Below are positions 26,902 through 41,425 of a stretch of 64,000 bases of DNA, in pieces. Both the position numbers and the translations under genes were made by a program. Source of the stretch: Octopus sinensis (lineage: Eukaryota); contig NC_043014.1 of the NCBI RefSeq assembly GCF_006345805.1, positions 51,088,001 through 51,152,000 on the forward strand, in the 5' to 3' direction. Under the pieces are notes generated by a model, which was not told where the DNA came from, made no database searches, and saw nothing but the letters and a program-made list of their open reading frames with translations. Numbering within the stretch: the stretch's first letter is position 1; each line of letters starts with the position of its first letter.

Positions 26902-28117
26902 TTGGGTTGGTAACTAAGTTCCCTTGGGTTTTTTTAAAATTAAAACTTTTAAACGGTTTAATAAAAAAAACCCACTAATTAATAAATAATGTATTCATCC
27001 TGGTTGTTTACAATTTCTTCCGACCGTTCAACAAGATTTTCGACTCGAAAAATTAATCCAACCAAGCTCTCAATTCTACATCAGTATTGAACGAAACTCC
27101 GAGCATAGCATGTGGAAGAGATAGAAAGAGGTGGAAATCCGTTGGTGCCAAATCAGGAGAGTAAGGTGGGTGTGGTAGCACTTCCCAGCTATACGTTTGA
27201 ATGGCTTTCTTTGTCATATTGACGATATGTGGGCGGGTGTTGTGCTAGCTGAAGAACTCCATTCTAACGATTAGGTCTTTTCTCTTGAATAGCCATGTTG
27301 AGTTGTTGAATTTGTTGAACATAGAGTTCCGCGTTGACCGTTTGGTTCCGTTCAAGCAATTCCCAGTCCCACCAAACGCACAACATCGTTTTACACGGAA
27401 AAAGATCTTGTTTCACGAGCGGTGTCGCTTGTTTAACGGGACTAAGCCATACCTTACGCTGCTTCATATTGGTGTACAGACACCATTTTTCGTCGCCAGT
27501 AACGATTCGGTAAAGAAATCGTTGGCTTGTGTCCATGAGTTGAGCGGTGACCAGCAAGCAAACCAGCGGAGATTGTGGCTCGTTGATTTTTGTTGTTGTC
27601 ACTTAAAGCTCGCGGAACCCATACTCCCAACTTCTGAACATTTTCCATCGAGTGAAGGTCCTTCTCTACAGCAGAGCCCGCAGCGTTCCATATTCTCTGT
27701 CTGTTTTCTTGTCGTTTGACGAGAATTTTCGTGCAAAAGTTGGTTTGATCGCTCTTCATTGAAATTAACTGGACGGCCAGAACGAGGTGCGTCTTTGAGG
27801 TCAAAATTTCCATTTATGAACTTGGCATACCAATCACGTGCGGCTCTTTCAGCTATGGCACCCTCCCCATACACAGCACAATTGTCGCGAGTAGGAGGTG
27901 TCGAAAATGCCCGTTTTTTCAGAACTTGATATTGCAATTTAATGATCTGTAAATATACAAAAATTAATTAAATTAACTAAGGAAAAAAATCAAAACAAAA
28001 TAGATTCCAAAAGGATTGAAAAATAGAATTCTCGAAAAAAAAAAATAGATTAAAAAATTTAAAACGCTATAAATTCCAAAATTTCTACAAACGACAGGAA
28101 CTTAGTTGCCAACCCAA
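26902..28117 (-). mobile_element. Near-complete mariner (DD34D) DNA transposon, 1,216 bp
   Basis: 21-bp TIRs TTGGGTTGG(T/C)AACTAAGTTCC at 26902-26922 and 28097-28117, with TA on both sides (26900-01 and 28118-19). Confidence 0.92.
26990..27937 (-). pseudogene. Mariner transposase, frameshifted and internally deleted
   Basis: AVYGEGAIAERAARDWYAKF..DAPRSGRP; VWVPRALS; RIVTGDEKW; MLCVWWDW; HNTRPH; VLPHPPYSPDLAPTDFHLF. Confidence 0.92.
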
Positions 28118-28550
28118 TATATTCACGCATATGATCTCGAGGATAAAAGTGTGTTTTATACATATATATCTACTATTACTTATATTTCACAAGCATGTTT
28201 TCCTGATTGTTGCATACATTCTAACTCCCGTGTACATATGAAAGGCCTTTTAATGTGCTCTTTTATCTGCACCTATTGTTTTAGGGAATGGTTGAAAACT
28301 ATTATAATAAACGTAGAGAATAATTTCTACAGATGTCATATTCAGTAAAACAAATGAATTAGATTGGACCGAATGTATTCTGATAGAGAAAATTTATAGC
28401 ATTCTCATAACATAACTGCAGTCTTTTGAAAAATAATTATATTTATATAAGTAGCCTTTTAAATTAGTTGCATCTAGTGTTACAAGTAAAAAGATACCCT
28501 GTTTATACTAACTATTAGTGATTGAAAGTATTGATATTTAACAATATAAC

Positions 28551-28588
<38 letters not shown>

Positions 28589-28740
28589 AGTGTTTGTGTT
28601 TGTGTGTGAGTGTTTGTGTGTGTGTATAGATAAATATGTATGTATGTATGCATATATATATAGATAGATTTAGACATATACCAACGTATGTATGGGCGTA
28701 TATGTGTATATACATACACACACATATAGATATAGACAAA

Positions 28741-28814
<74 letters not shown>

Positions 28815-29539
28815 TACAGTATGTACATATATGCAGATATGTATCTTTCCTGCCTCTCTCTTTCTTTCTATATATACACACATACATATATACATGGATA
28901 CACACACACATATACATATGCATATATATATATATATATAATATATATATTATACATAAAAGTATCACCTAGTTTGTTTGCACGTATATACATAAGTTTT
29001 GTCGTATTTGTCTCCCCAAAAAATGGAATGTCATACTATTTCATCGCACGATTGTTTCTTTTATAAACTGATAAAGTCGATATACCTATCATCAGTTAAA
29101 CTATTTTTATTCTTTTTGTCTATTGAAATTATTAATTAATTGAACAGCAAGCAAATATGATTGTTTTTTTAATTATAGTAGCATTGATATTATTTAACTC
29201 ATGAAAATATTTAAATTAATTTTAATTTAGTTTTATCGTAATATTGATTAATTCATTCAACAAAATTAATTCAATATTTTTAAAAAATCTATATACCGCT
29301 TCATACAATTCTGTTAGATTGAACCAAAGAATTGTTCCACCAAACAATACCAGTATATTTATATAATGAAATATTTAATGACAGATATTCAATGCCTAAT
29401 TAGAAAATTTAAACTGGAAATGGTTGGGAGAGGTACTTACAACTTATCACAGATTTATTCGAAAGTATCTAAGTGCATGTGTGTATATGTTCGTATATGC
29501 CCCTACACACCCACCCATACACACATGTATGCATGCATA

Positions 29540-29840
29540 TATATATATATATATATGTATATATATGTATGTATGTATATATATGTATATATATATATAC
29601 ATATATATCTATGTATGTATATATATGTATATATATATATACATATATATCTATGTATGTATGTATGTATATATATATATACATATATATCTATGTATGT
29701 ATGTATGTATGTATATATATATATACATATATATCTATGTATGTATGTATATATATATATACATATATATCTATGTATGTATATACATATATATCTATGT
29801 ATGTATATACATATATATCTATGTATGTATATATATGTAT

Positions 29841-29899
<59 letters not shown>

Positions 29900-29907
29900 A
29901 ATATATG

Positions 29908-29993
<86 letters not shown>

Positions 29994-30060
29994 TCTACGT
30001 ATGTATATATATATATAAATATATAAATATGTATACATGCGTAAATTGAATGTACATATA
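29540..30060. repeat. Compound (TA)/(TATG) microsatellite with higher-order unit ATACATATATATCTATGTATGT
   Basis: The unit recurs about 7 times between 29595 and 29830. Confidence 0.8.
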
Positions 30061-30986
30061 TACATACACGTATTTGTATATATATATATATGTGCATATA
30101 TATATATGTTTGTATATATAAATATGTATATGTATATATATATGTGTGTGTTTATATATATATATATGTATGTATAAATGAGAAAGTGTAGGTGAGAGAG
30201 AGAGGAGTGCAAAAAGCACTTGTGTAAAATGGAATTGCTTTTATATTCGACCGTATACATTTTTAAGCGACGAATCGGAGAGGAAATATAGTTTATAATT
30301 CAATTCAGTGTAATTGTAATATTCTCTATATTCTCTACATCTGAAAAACACAAAAGTAGAGCCATAGTATAAGAATTTAGTAATGTAAAACAAATAGTTT
30401 TAAATCAAAGGCAATATTTAAATATTATATAAACATAAAGCTAATCACATCTAAAAGTGCTCCTTGTTCCATTTATATTAATTATGAATCGTTAACTGAG
30501 TGAGTATATTTGCATATTTCTGTTTCATGCCTATATACCATTATCCTCTCCGTGTACGTAAAGACACTTGTAATCATAAAAGCATATTTTAGTTAATCAT
30601 TGATATATTGTCTTTATATGCAAAGGAAAATATATGTAGCATCATTTGCTAGTGCTTTACTTATATTCATCATAAGTCATTTGTTAATCCATTATGACTT
30701 CGAAGTAAATTCGTTTTTCGCTCTCCTTTGCTTTGAAAATCGCAATCACGTCAAAGGACGGTTTTATATAAATCTATGAATAATAAGCATATTTTTGTCA
30801 TTTATCTTTTGCTTGTTACAGTTATTAGGCTGCTATCAAACTGGGTACCGCATGGAATGCTTTAGTCGAACAAATCAACATCATTTATATATTTGTACAT
30901 ATATCTTTAGATTTTTTATAAGCGTAATCTATCGACCTCACAGATACACATGCATAATCTCTCTCTCTATATATATATATAGATAT

Positions 30987-31029
<43 letters not shown>

Positions 31030-31944
31030 TAGTTGAGTGAATTATCCTAGTATGGATAATTCGGTTAACCGATACCCGGGTAGCAAATTTACGGCAGAAA
31101 ACACGGTTGAAAACATATGTCGAGAATAAAGGAATTTTGTTAAATCGTCGTTCGACTCCATTCTTTCATTTATATATATATATATATATATGCATATATA
31201 CTTCATAACAATTCTCAAACCTGCTGCTGTTTGGAATTTCTCTTGCTATCCCTTTACATCAGTAATTGCTTCGTTCATCTTAATACTTATTGTCTGAATA
31301 TATTAGAATATACCAAAATGTGGTTGCTTTACCAATCTGATGGACATTTTCATGCATGTCGTAATAGCTATTTTATCCTAGAATTTCTTACAATTGCACA
31401 CGTGTTTCTGTGTGTGTAATTCCTAACTCTGCCATGCGAGTGGTTCATCTAATGTGATATCTTTAATTGTTTCTTGCCCATCTCCGACATAATCTCAAAT
31501 TACTGTATTCTAGTTCATCATATGGTTTCGGGTGACTTTTAGTGGGCATTCAAGGTTCTTTGCAGCAGTTAAAAAAACTGCAAACTCTGCTTTCAGCCCG
31601 ACACTTCTCAGTCACTGTTGAGTTTTATTCATGTCTGTTTACACTCCCTTATGATGATGATGATGAGGAGGAGGAGGAGGAGTAGGAGGGGGAGGGGGAA
31701 TATGGTATTGTCATTTACGAACCGCTATTCTTTAGTGCTTTAAATCCTCTGATAGATTGCTGTGCGTGCGTAAGAAACTCTGGAGTAAAGTTAAGTAAAA
31801 TAAAAAAATAAAAAAAACTTGGAAACTATACAGGAGATTCTGGTTAAGATTCTGCTACGTGAACATTGAAGATCTGGAATTCAGATTCGAAATTCTTCTA
31901 ACATTAAACTATGTTTGATGTTTGTAGACATTTATTTTTACAGC

Positions 31945-32090
31945 ATTGCTGGTAGAAAGGCTAGCATGCAACGAATACGCTTAGCGACATTTCGTCTGTC
32001 TTTAGGTCTGAGTTCAAATCTTTATGCTTTTCTTTCCCTTCGGGGCTGATTATATAAATACCAGTTCACTACTAGGTTTGATGTACACAA
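31945..32090 (+). mobile_element. Degenerate SINE B
   Basis: GCTTAGCGACATTTCGTCTGTCTTT..CTGAGTTCAAAT..CCTTCGGGG..TACCAG. Confidence 0.6.
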
Positions 32091-32781
32091 TTTTTATGGC
32101 ATCCCTTTCTCACTAATGTTGAAAACATTCTTGTCACAACAACTTACGTAGATTACTTTTTGAAACATGTTTCATTTCACCACAATTTTCCTCTAAATTT
32201 GCACATCACCTGTACGACGAACGCTTCAAATTCTTGCTGGAGTTTTCAGTTAGTCAAATGAAGCAGAACTAACAGCGAAAATTCTTTTATATGTTGCTGG
32301 AATCTCATTTTCTTTAGTTAGGTTTTCTTTAATTGGATAGAATATGCTTGAAGCTTTCAGCGTCCTTAATGGATTTCGTTTTAGGTTGCAATCTTCCATC
32401 CACAAACATGAAAATGTAGAGAGAAAAAAAAAAGACCAACATTTCAATCAAGATCCTACGTTTGTTCCTTGTTGTTTTCGCACACCTGAAATTGATGCGG
32501 CTTCACGTTTTCCTTCCAGCCATCAATTCCTATAATGATTGTATTCATCGTTCTCAAGTCTCACACTAAATATGTTTTACTGCAACAGGTTTGTGTCGTT
32601 GTCGTGTTATGTAACTTCCAATTAATCATCGATACTTAAGAAATACCTCTTTTTAATGTCAGCGACTTTCGTCGTTTTAATTATTCTTTTCATTTACTGA
32701 TATTGAGGTTTACTTTACGTAATATATTTCGTTGGGGAAATAACCATCTAACTACAGATACACACAGATCGCACGCCGCCA

Positions 32782-32825
<44 letters not shown>

Positions 32826-32879
32826 TAGTGTTGTGTGTGTGTGTGTGTAATATATATATATATATCGAGAGAGAGACAG

Positions 32880-32941
32880 AGAGAGAAATAGACAGATAGA
32901 CATATAACAGCAGATAGATAAATAGAGTGACAATAGATAGA

Positions 32942-33026
<85 letters not shown>

Positions 33027-33046
33027 AAGACAGACAGACAGACGAC

Positions 33047-33100
<54 letters not shown>

Positions 33101-33150
33101 GATGATAGATAGATAGATATAGATAGAAGATAGATAGAGAAGATAGATAG
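32880..33150. repeat. (GACA)n/(GATA)n microsatellite
   Basis: Direct reading. Confidence 0.9.
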
Positions 33151-33714
33151 ATAGATATATGTTGTGATTGTATGTGTATATTTGCAAATAACATGGCAGA
33201 TAAAGACAAACAGGGTTAAGGAGTATATGTACAAGGATTAGAAATACAGGAAGGGATTAATGTAATAGAATATTCTGGAGTGTAACAAAGATCTCCTTGA
33301 TAGAAGTACCTAAGCCTTGTTGTACATAGTGCGTAGTATCTATAGGTAGCACTCGGAGTTTGTGTCAAGGTGTGTATTGGTGCATGGTAACGCAAGAATG
33401 GAATAGATGTTCATGATATAGTGCTCAGATAAATGTGAACGTGAAAACGTGAATTCTAAGTCCTTGAGAAAGGGCGGGTGGTTTCAGCAAGTAACTGACT
33501 ACGTCGAAAGGTTCTCTCCGTTTATTTACCATTTTATTTCCGTACGCGATCGGTGAGAATCATATTAATTGTCCAATTTTCTACACCGGAGGAAACTGTC
33601 CTGGATGAAGAAACTGGAATATAAGTTCCTCTTTATCAGAGAACTCCATCGTGAATAATTACGCCACGCTCTCTTTAGATTTTATCACATTTTATTTATT
33701 CAGGTATATGCATA

Positions 33715-34025
33715 TATCCATCCATCCAGCCACCCACCCATCTATCCATCCATCCTTCCATCCAGATCTATCTATCTATCTATCTATCTATCCATCCATC
33801 CTTCCATCCAGATCTATCTATCTGTCTATCTATCCATCCATCCTTCCATCCAGATCTATCTATCTATCTATCCATCCATCCTCCCATCCATCCTCCCATC
33901 CAGATCTATCTATCTATCTATCCATCCATCCTTCCATCCAGATCTATCTATCTATCTATCTATCCATCCATCCATCCATCCATCCATCCATCCACCCACC
34001 CACCCATCCATCCATCCATCCATCC

Positions 34026-34058
<33 letters not shown>

Positions 34059-34065
34059 CCTATCT
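33715..34065. repeat. (CCAT)n/(TCTA)n compound repeat with unit CCATCCTTCCATCCAGATCTATCT
   Basis: The unit recurs about 5 times. Confidence 0.85.
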
Positions 34066-34272
34066 CTTTGTCTCTCTGCATATATATATATATTTATATA
34101 TTGTTATACATGTATGTACGGTGTACACACACAAATATGTGTGTAAGTGTGTGTGTGTGTGTGGTGTGTGTGTGTGTGTGTATCTGCATGTGTGTGTTCC
34201 TATATGTTGTGTGTAGTTGGATAGTTGAGTAAATCGCTACCTAGATAGATATAAGCAGCTTGCTAACGCTTA

Positions 34273-35339
34273 AATATGGCTCCCTGGAAATAATTTGGAC
34301 AATTATGTGGATGTGTTTGTTAGAAATCCGAAATCGGACGTAGTCCATAATAAACTCCTTAAAGAGAGGATAAATGAGGATAAATGAGGATAAATGAACT
34401 TGTGTATGTGAAGTATATATTCTATTAAAAAAATATATATATATCATTAGTACATAGCAACAACCTAGATAAATTAAAATTCGCATCACTTTACAAATTA
34501 CTTCATAAACACTCACACCGACGCAGAATGAAAATGCTGGACGTATTTTCAAAGTATTTCGTGAAACGAATTTGGCATTGGACACATTATGCAGTTTCGT
34601 ACGTTATTCAGTTTTCGTCAAAGTTCACTGAACGCGCTAATTAATTCACTTGAATCTATTAATAAAGTGAGTGAACTAAGCGAAAATGTCCCCGTATAAA
34701 TAAAAGTCTTTGATAATCTGAATAAAGAGGGCAAAATTAGTGATCCGCGACGGGAAAATAAAAAAGAAAATGAGGCACAGAATATGAAATAAGTTCTATA
34801 TTGTGACTTTGTTATGCCACCATAAACTTGGCCTGTATTTATAATTCATATAGACACATATACACAAACATACATATATGAATGCAGAATTACATTCAAA
34901 ATATATATATACACAAAAGCACATACAAACGCACACATACATATACATTCTAGCATACATGCATCCATGTATATAAACAATCGATAGATTGAATTAATTG
35001 TGGTAAGAATTTGAACAAATAATAATCTATTTTGCCCCTTAACGGACAGAGATTCTTACGGGTTTACCAAAGTCTGTGACTGAGTAAGTGTCTTGGATTG
35101 ATATACCAACACACCTCATCGCGTAATGGCCAAGTATTCCTATTAATTGGGTCATATTTTATCAAGTTATCCTACCAAACTTATGAGTGCCTATTAAACT
35201 GAATATATTTCCGTAAGTACTTTTAAAACGAATAATCATTTATCCTCTCTTTAAGAGTTTATTATGGACTATGTCCGATTTCGGATTTCGAACAAACACA
35301 TCCACATAATTGTCCAAATTATTTCCAGGGAGCCATATT
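34273..35339. mobile_element. Non-autonomous TIR element, ~1.07 kb, ~105-bp TIRs, probable TA target duplication
   Basis: AATATGGCTCCCTGGAAATAATTTGGAC..GGATAAATGA (34273-34377) is the reverse complement of 35236-35339 with few differences. TA at 34271-72 and 35340-41. Confidence 0.8.
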
Positions 35340-36151
35340 TATTGACTTACCTTTATCAAGTTATCATACACAGTTTAACGTAAGGGTATTCGCCTGAGTC
35401 CTACATTAAGGATGTAGATAATCTCTACATGGCCACAGCAGCTCTTTTCATCAAATACTTTAACAGAATAAATGAAAATATCAGAATAGTGAACCAAATA
35501 TTCCTTGCTAACTTATTTCGAAATAAATGTTTTTGAACGCATTAACTTCTCCGCTCACAAATCAAATAGATACGTTGGAATCAGAAGTGAGAGATTTCGG
35601 CAGTGCAGTTTTTAATCATCCGGATATGAAAACATGTACACCTTTTCACATCAGTTTGTATCTAATTTAAAGGCATCGTCTTTTATATTTCTACATCCGT
35701 TAAGGCAATTCTATGCAAATACTAAACAAAAAATGAGGAAAGACACAAAATTGAAATAAACCTAGAAGATCAGCAATTTATTATACAGCATATAGATGCA
35801 AGGCGCTTCTTACATCTATTAATTTAAGCATCATGAGGCTATAGGGCACCACCTTTATTTCTCTGGTGTTCAACGCTTCTTTTCTCATAATATTCTGTTT
35901 CTCTCTCTTTCTTCTTTCTTCCATATTTTCACTTTGTTTTGTGTTTTTTTTTCTTCTTTCGATTCATTATGTACAAGATGGACATTACATCCATACAAGC
36001 TATTGAACATTTGCACAAATGAAGTAAAACGAATGTACAGAGTCGAAAATGAATTAATATTGCTGACATTAACATTGGTTAAATTCTATGATATGACTTG
36101 AAAATGTACACTTATAAAACCACATTAAATATTCATAAATATACCAGAAGA

Positions 36152-36196
<45 letters not shown>

Positions 36197-36470
36197 CATA
36201 TATATGCATCACAGGTATAGTTGCATGTATGGCATACAGACACACACAGACGCATATGTATGTATATATGTATATATGAATGTATATATATATAGATGTA
36301 TATATATGAATTAGAGAAAAAACGCTTTTATGTAATTCAAACATGATAGATGTAAACCACACCATATAGAAAAAATAAAATATGATAAAACATTAATCTA
36401 GATCGCAATAAAGTACATAATAATAATAATAATAATAATAAAATAATAATAATAATTATTATTATTATAT

Positions 36471-36510
<40 letters not shown>

Positions 36511-36842
36511 ACTGTGTGTAGGTGTGTGCATGTATACATAATCGACATACGCATTAGTAGGATCATTTGACCTTACGAGGAGGTTACTATATTTCTAAGT
36601 AAATCTACGAAGGAAAATCTCATATTTTCTTCACCATGAACTTATTTTCAATAGGGAAGAACGAGAAAAACTTAAGGGCAGACATTGCAAAACACTCAGG
36701 GAAATTAGCATGGGGGATTTATTGCGTATAAGGGGATTCTTTTATTGCAGAAGATATTCACGAATCATTGCAGATGAGCATAGGTATTTATCAAAACATA
36801 CAAAAGCATGTCGTATAAGGTTATCTATAATATTTATAATAT

Positions 36843-37250
36843 AGGTGCAGGAGTGGCTGCGTGGTAAGTAGCTTGTTTACCAACCACATGATTCCGGGTT
36901 CAGTCCCACAGCGTGGCACCTTGGTCAGGTGTCTTCTACTATGGCTTCGGGCCGACCAAAGCCTTGTGAGTGGATTTGGTAGACGGAAACTGAAAGAAGC
37001 CCGTCGTATATATGAATATATATATATGTGTGTGTGTGTGTGTTTGTGTGTCTGTGTATGTCCCCCTAGCATTGTTTGACAACCAATGCTGGTGTGTTTA
37101 TGTCCCCGTCACTTAGCAGTTCGGCAAAAGAGACCGATAGAATAAGTACTGGGCTTACAAAGAATAAGTCCCGGGGTCGATTTGCTCGACTAAACGCGGT
37201 GCTCCAGCATGGCCGCAGTCAAATAACTGAAACAAGTAAAAGAAAGAAAG
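36843..37250 (+). mobile_element. SINE family A, full length
   Basis: Matches 11325-11757. A second, variant tail follows directly at 37257-37310. Confidence 0.9.
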
Positions 37251-38108
37251 AGATATGGCGGTTTCCCCTATCATGGCCACAGCTAGTGAGCTGAAACTAA
37301 AAAAAAAAAATATGTATATATACATACATGCATGCATACATACGAAGGACTTACACACAATTTCTACCTACCAAATTTGATCAGATGGCAGTAGTTGGTT
37401 CCGTGCTACAGCAGAAATCTACGCATGTTCGGGTTCTTTCAAATATGCGTATGTAAGCATTTGTAGGTATGGATACAACGTGTGCGTGCATGTCTTCGCA
37501 AATGCGCGTAATTTGTGGTAAGTTATCAATAATTATAGCATGAAATGCTTTCGCTTAATTCCATCACGTCCTGTTCTGCATTATCAGTGCTCAATCTACG
37601 TATTTTCGCTTCAACCAGAAGAAAATCTGGAAATATATCGATGCAGAAACTAATAATTCTATCTAAGATACTTCAAGCCATAACACTCAAAAAGAAAGAT
37701 AGATAGACAGATGGATAGGTATAGAAAGAGAGAGAGAGAGAGAGTAAGAGACAGAGAGTGACAAGCTGGGAGAGAAGAAGAGACAGATAAAACTCCCAAA
37801 CGTAAACCTGATTTATTTCCCAATTGTACAAACTTAGCTATAAAACTATCATGATCAACACAATGTGAAATGCGAATGGTTGTCAAGGACAAGGATTCTT
37901 TTTACAGTGTACGAAATGTATCACGTTTTATTGTATTATATCTGCTAATAAGCTTTAGAAAATGTTTATGTAAAACTAGGCATTCCCTATGTTTCGATGA
38001 GTTAAAATATATGACTTATACTAAACACCATCCAAAGCGGAAAGGAAGACATGACTGATCTTGATAGAACTAACGACATACAACATATACACACACACAC
38101 ACACACAC

Positions 38109-38190
<82 letters not shown>

Positions 38191-38269
38191 TATATTATAT
38201 GTATGTATGTATATATATGTATATATGTATATATATATATATATAAAAAATATGTGTGTGTGTGTAGTC

Positions 38270-38427
38270 GAAGGAGCGTCTATGTGGTAAGTAGGTTCCT
38301 TACCAGCCATATGGTTGCGGAATCGGTCCACTGCGTGGCACCTTGCTCTAGTGTCTTCCACTATAGACCGAGCTGATCAAAGCCTTGTGAGTGGATTTGG
38401 TAGACAGAAACTGAAAAACGCCAATCG

Positions 38428-38430
<3 letters not shown>
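38270..38430 (+). mobile_element. SINE A 5' half
   Basis: Head through GAAACTGAA, ending in (TA)n. Confidence 0.75.
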
Positions 38431-38479
<49 letters not shown>

Positions 38480-39387
38480 CCACGAGGGAATGGATTTTCG
38501 ATACCCATGCTGTTTCATATGATTGATTACGGCTGACATAAGAGCGAGAACTCCCAAAACAAGCACGATGACCAACAATAAAAATCACATCACAAGTTGA
38601 ACTTCGACATTATATTCCAGATTATTGAAATCTTGTCTAAATATTTTGTCCGCACGTTTTATGGCTACTAGCGTAAAGAACACAACCATTATAAAGAGAT
38701 TGACACTTCAAGTAGAAGACACCTACCAAAAGAAAAAAAAGTTATAAGAAGGAAGCCTCGCACAAAATTTCGTACATTCATTACCGACATTAGCTCAATG
38801 CTTCAACAAGGCTGTGTTATGTAAATTTCTAGTTATAATCAAAGACAGAGTAAAATTTAGATTCAATGAGAAACTAAAACATAATTATTAAGAGAATAAT
38901 GACAGAGAAAATAATAATAGAAAATGGAAATTTTAGGCAACGAAAATCTACATAAATAATACACTGTTGGAAAACAAGCCACGGATTTCTTCAGTTCGAC
39001 AAACATGCAATTATATTGCAATATGCATTTGAAACTTATAACAATAAACATGAATAAGCTATCCATGCAATTAGCGCCAAACAAAAAGACGATGGGCTGG
39101 GTTAGTTATTCTGCATTGTAGTTTAGAATACCCGATGTAGTTTAACGTATTAATTATTCCGCAGTAATCTCACGTTCCAAAAGGCATTCGACTATGACGC
39201 CAAACAAAACTTACACGGCGTAATACGAGTGGGGAAAGTTAAAACTTTAATAATGGCATATAGCAAACGTAAGTGCGCGATATACATGTATATAATACGC
39301 CCACACACACACATATATGTACGTATATAGATATATATATATATATATATACATATAATAATATATACATATATATATATAGATATA

Positions 39388-39429
<42 letters not shown>

Positions 39430-39540
39430 GATATATATATTGTATATATATATATATGTTATATGTATTATATATATATAATATATGTATATATGTAGAT
39501 ATTATATATATAATATGTATATATATATATATAATGTATA

Positions 39541-39591
<51 letters not shown>

Positions 39592-39602
39592 GATATATGT
39601 AG

Positions 39603-39635
<33 letters not shown>

Positions 39636-39662
39636 ATATATATATGTATATTATATATAATG

Positions 39663-39715
<53 letters not shown>

Positions 39716-39743
39716 GTAATATATATATATATATATATATCTG

Positions 39744-39800
<57 letters not shown>

Positions 39801-39810
39801 TATATCTATA

Positions 39811-39854
<44 letters not shown>

Positions 39855-39855
39855 A

Positions 39856-39898
<43 letters not shown>

Positions 39899-39904
<6 letters not shown>

Positions 39905-40155
39905 AAGTGGGAATCCACATCGCCATCTCTTCGGTTATCTGGCTATTTGAAAACGCTATGAAAAAACTTTTCATAGCGTTTTCAAATAGCCAGATAACCG
40001 AAGAGATGGCGATGTGGATTCCCACTTCGGCATCTGAAACTCAGAGTGTTATCTTGACTATCGAGCAATGTAACATATTATTTTATAGATAAATTTCCTC
40101 TATTTACATAATATTGAGGTCTCTTTCTTTCTTTTGTTATCTTACCGTTTTACCA

Positions 40156-40156
<1 letters not shown>
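39899..40156 (+). mobile_element. Penelope-like pLTR-type repeat with perfect 66-bp 5' fold-back and variant HHR-like fold (39992-40054)
   Basis: 39899-39964 and 39968-40033 are exact reverse complements with a 3-nt loop. The rest matches 19221-19391 inverted. (TA)n on both flanks. Confidence 0.7.
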
Positions 40157-40186
<30 letters not shown>

Positions 40187-40228
40187 TTTTATATATACAT
40201 GCACATACACATGTACGTGTGTGTGTGT

Positions 40229-40277
<49 letters not shown>

Positions 40278-40860
40278 TCTGCATGTATTTGTAAAACAAT
40301 TTTTGCGAAGAAAACCTTTACATTGACTTAATTTGCCATTCTCCGGATGGGTAACGAAGGCAATTAAGAGAAAATGTGTGAGACCTCTCAGTTAATATGT
40401 CCTTTCTACATAGATATATGTAAATATTCGGCATTTCGACGTAGCCAATACTCAAAACCGACAAATAGAAACTGTGTGAGAGATATATATTGAATACGAC
40501 GCACAGTGCCTTTGGAAAATACCGGTGAATGTTGTTAGAGCGAATGTACACGGGGATGTCTGGTAATGTAGATCCTTGTACTTCGGTGAAAAGCTCAAAA
40601 TTTCTCCTGGCCTCGTATCACCTCTTGGCCAATGGATATTTTTAGCAAAATCGTTTCTGTTGCATTTACACGGCCCGAGTTTGTAAATTTCTATCTTTTT
40701 TTTCACCAGTTTCAAAGCACCGGAAAAGATCAAATGTAAGTTGACTAAATGGAAGTGCATGGCCTATAGGTTGAATAGTTGAGATTATCATAATAATAGA
40801 AATATTAAAGTTTCTAAGTCTCCCTAAAGGAGACTACGGCAGCGGTACTGGATAATAATA

Positions 40861-40963
40861 GTTATCGCCAAGCTAATATGGCAGTCCAGAAATATAGGAC
40901 GAAAGCTGCCAACAGCAGCATTCGTCCTATATTTCTGGACGGCCATATTAGCTTGGCGATAAC
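40861..40963. repeat. 103-nt hairpin (49-bp arms, 2 mismatches, 5-nt loop)
   Basis: GTTATCGCCAAGCTAATATGGCAGTCC..GCTGC / GCAGC..GCTTGGCGATAAC. Shares ATGGCAGTCC..AGGACGAA with the MITE at 8550. Confidence 0.85.
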
Positions 40964-41288
40964 AATTAATATCATAATAATCTCGCTGGTTAAAATTCCT
41001 GGACAGAAGCTGAAAGCAATAGAAACAGAGATCTGATACTGCTTTCTCATTTCTCCACTCACTCTCTCTCACTCCCTCCTCTCCCTCTTTGTTTCTTGAG
41101 GTGTCACGAGACGACATAAACACCTGGAATAAGTATCGACAACAGGTTACATAACGCCGAGGAAGAGTCGCTTGCAGATGACGGCTCGCGCACTGTCCAC
41201 CGACAATTCCTGAATTACAACACAATCAACGAGAATATATGCTATTCATGATCAATCTAGACTGGGATAGACATGGATGAATTTCTAC

Positions 41289-41335
<47 letters not shown>

Positions 41336-41425
41336 CCTCTCTCTCTCTCTCAATCTATTAATCTATCTATCTATCTATCTATCTATGTATATATATTCTT
41401 TTATTTATGAGATATTTCATCTCAG

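Noticed and set aside
31040-31127. GAAA-ACATATGT-C with a partial stem I as a hammerhead
   Set aside because: The CUGANGA box is not recognisable. At best this is a fossil.
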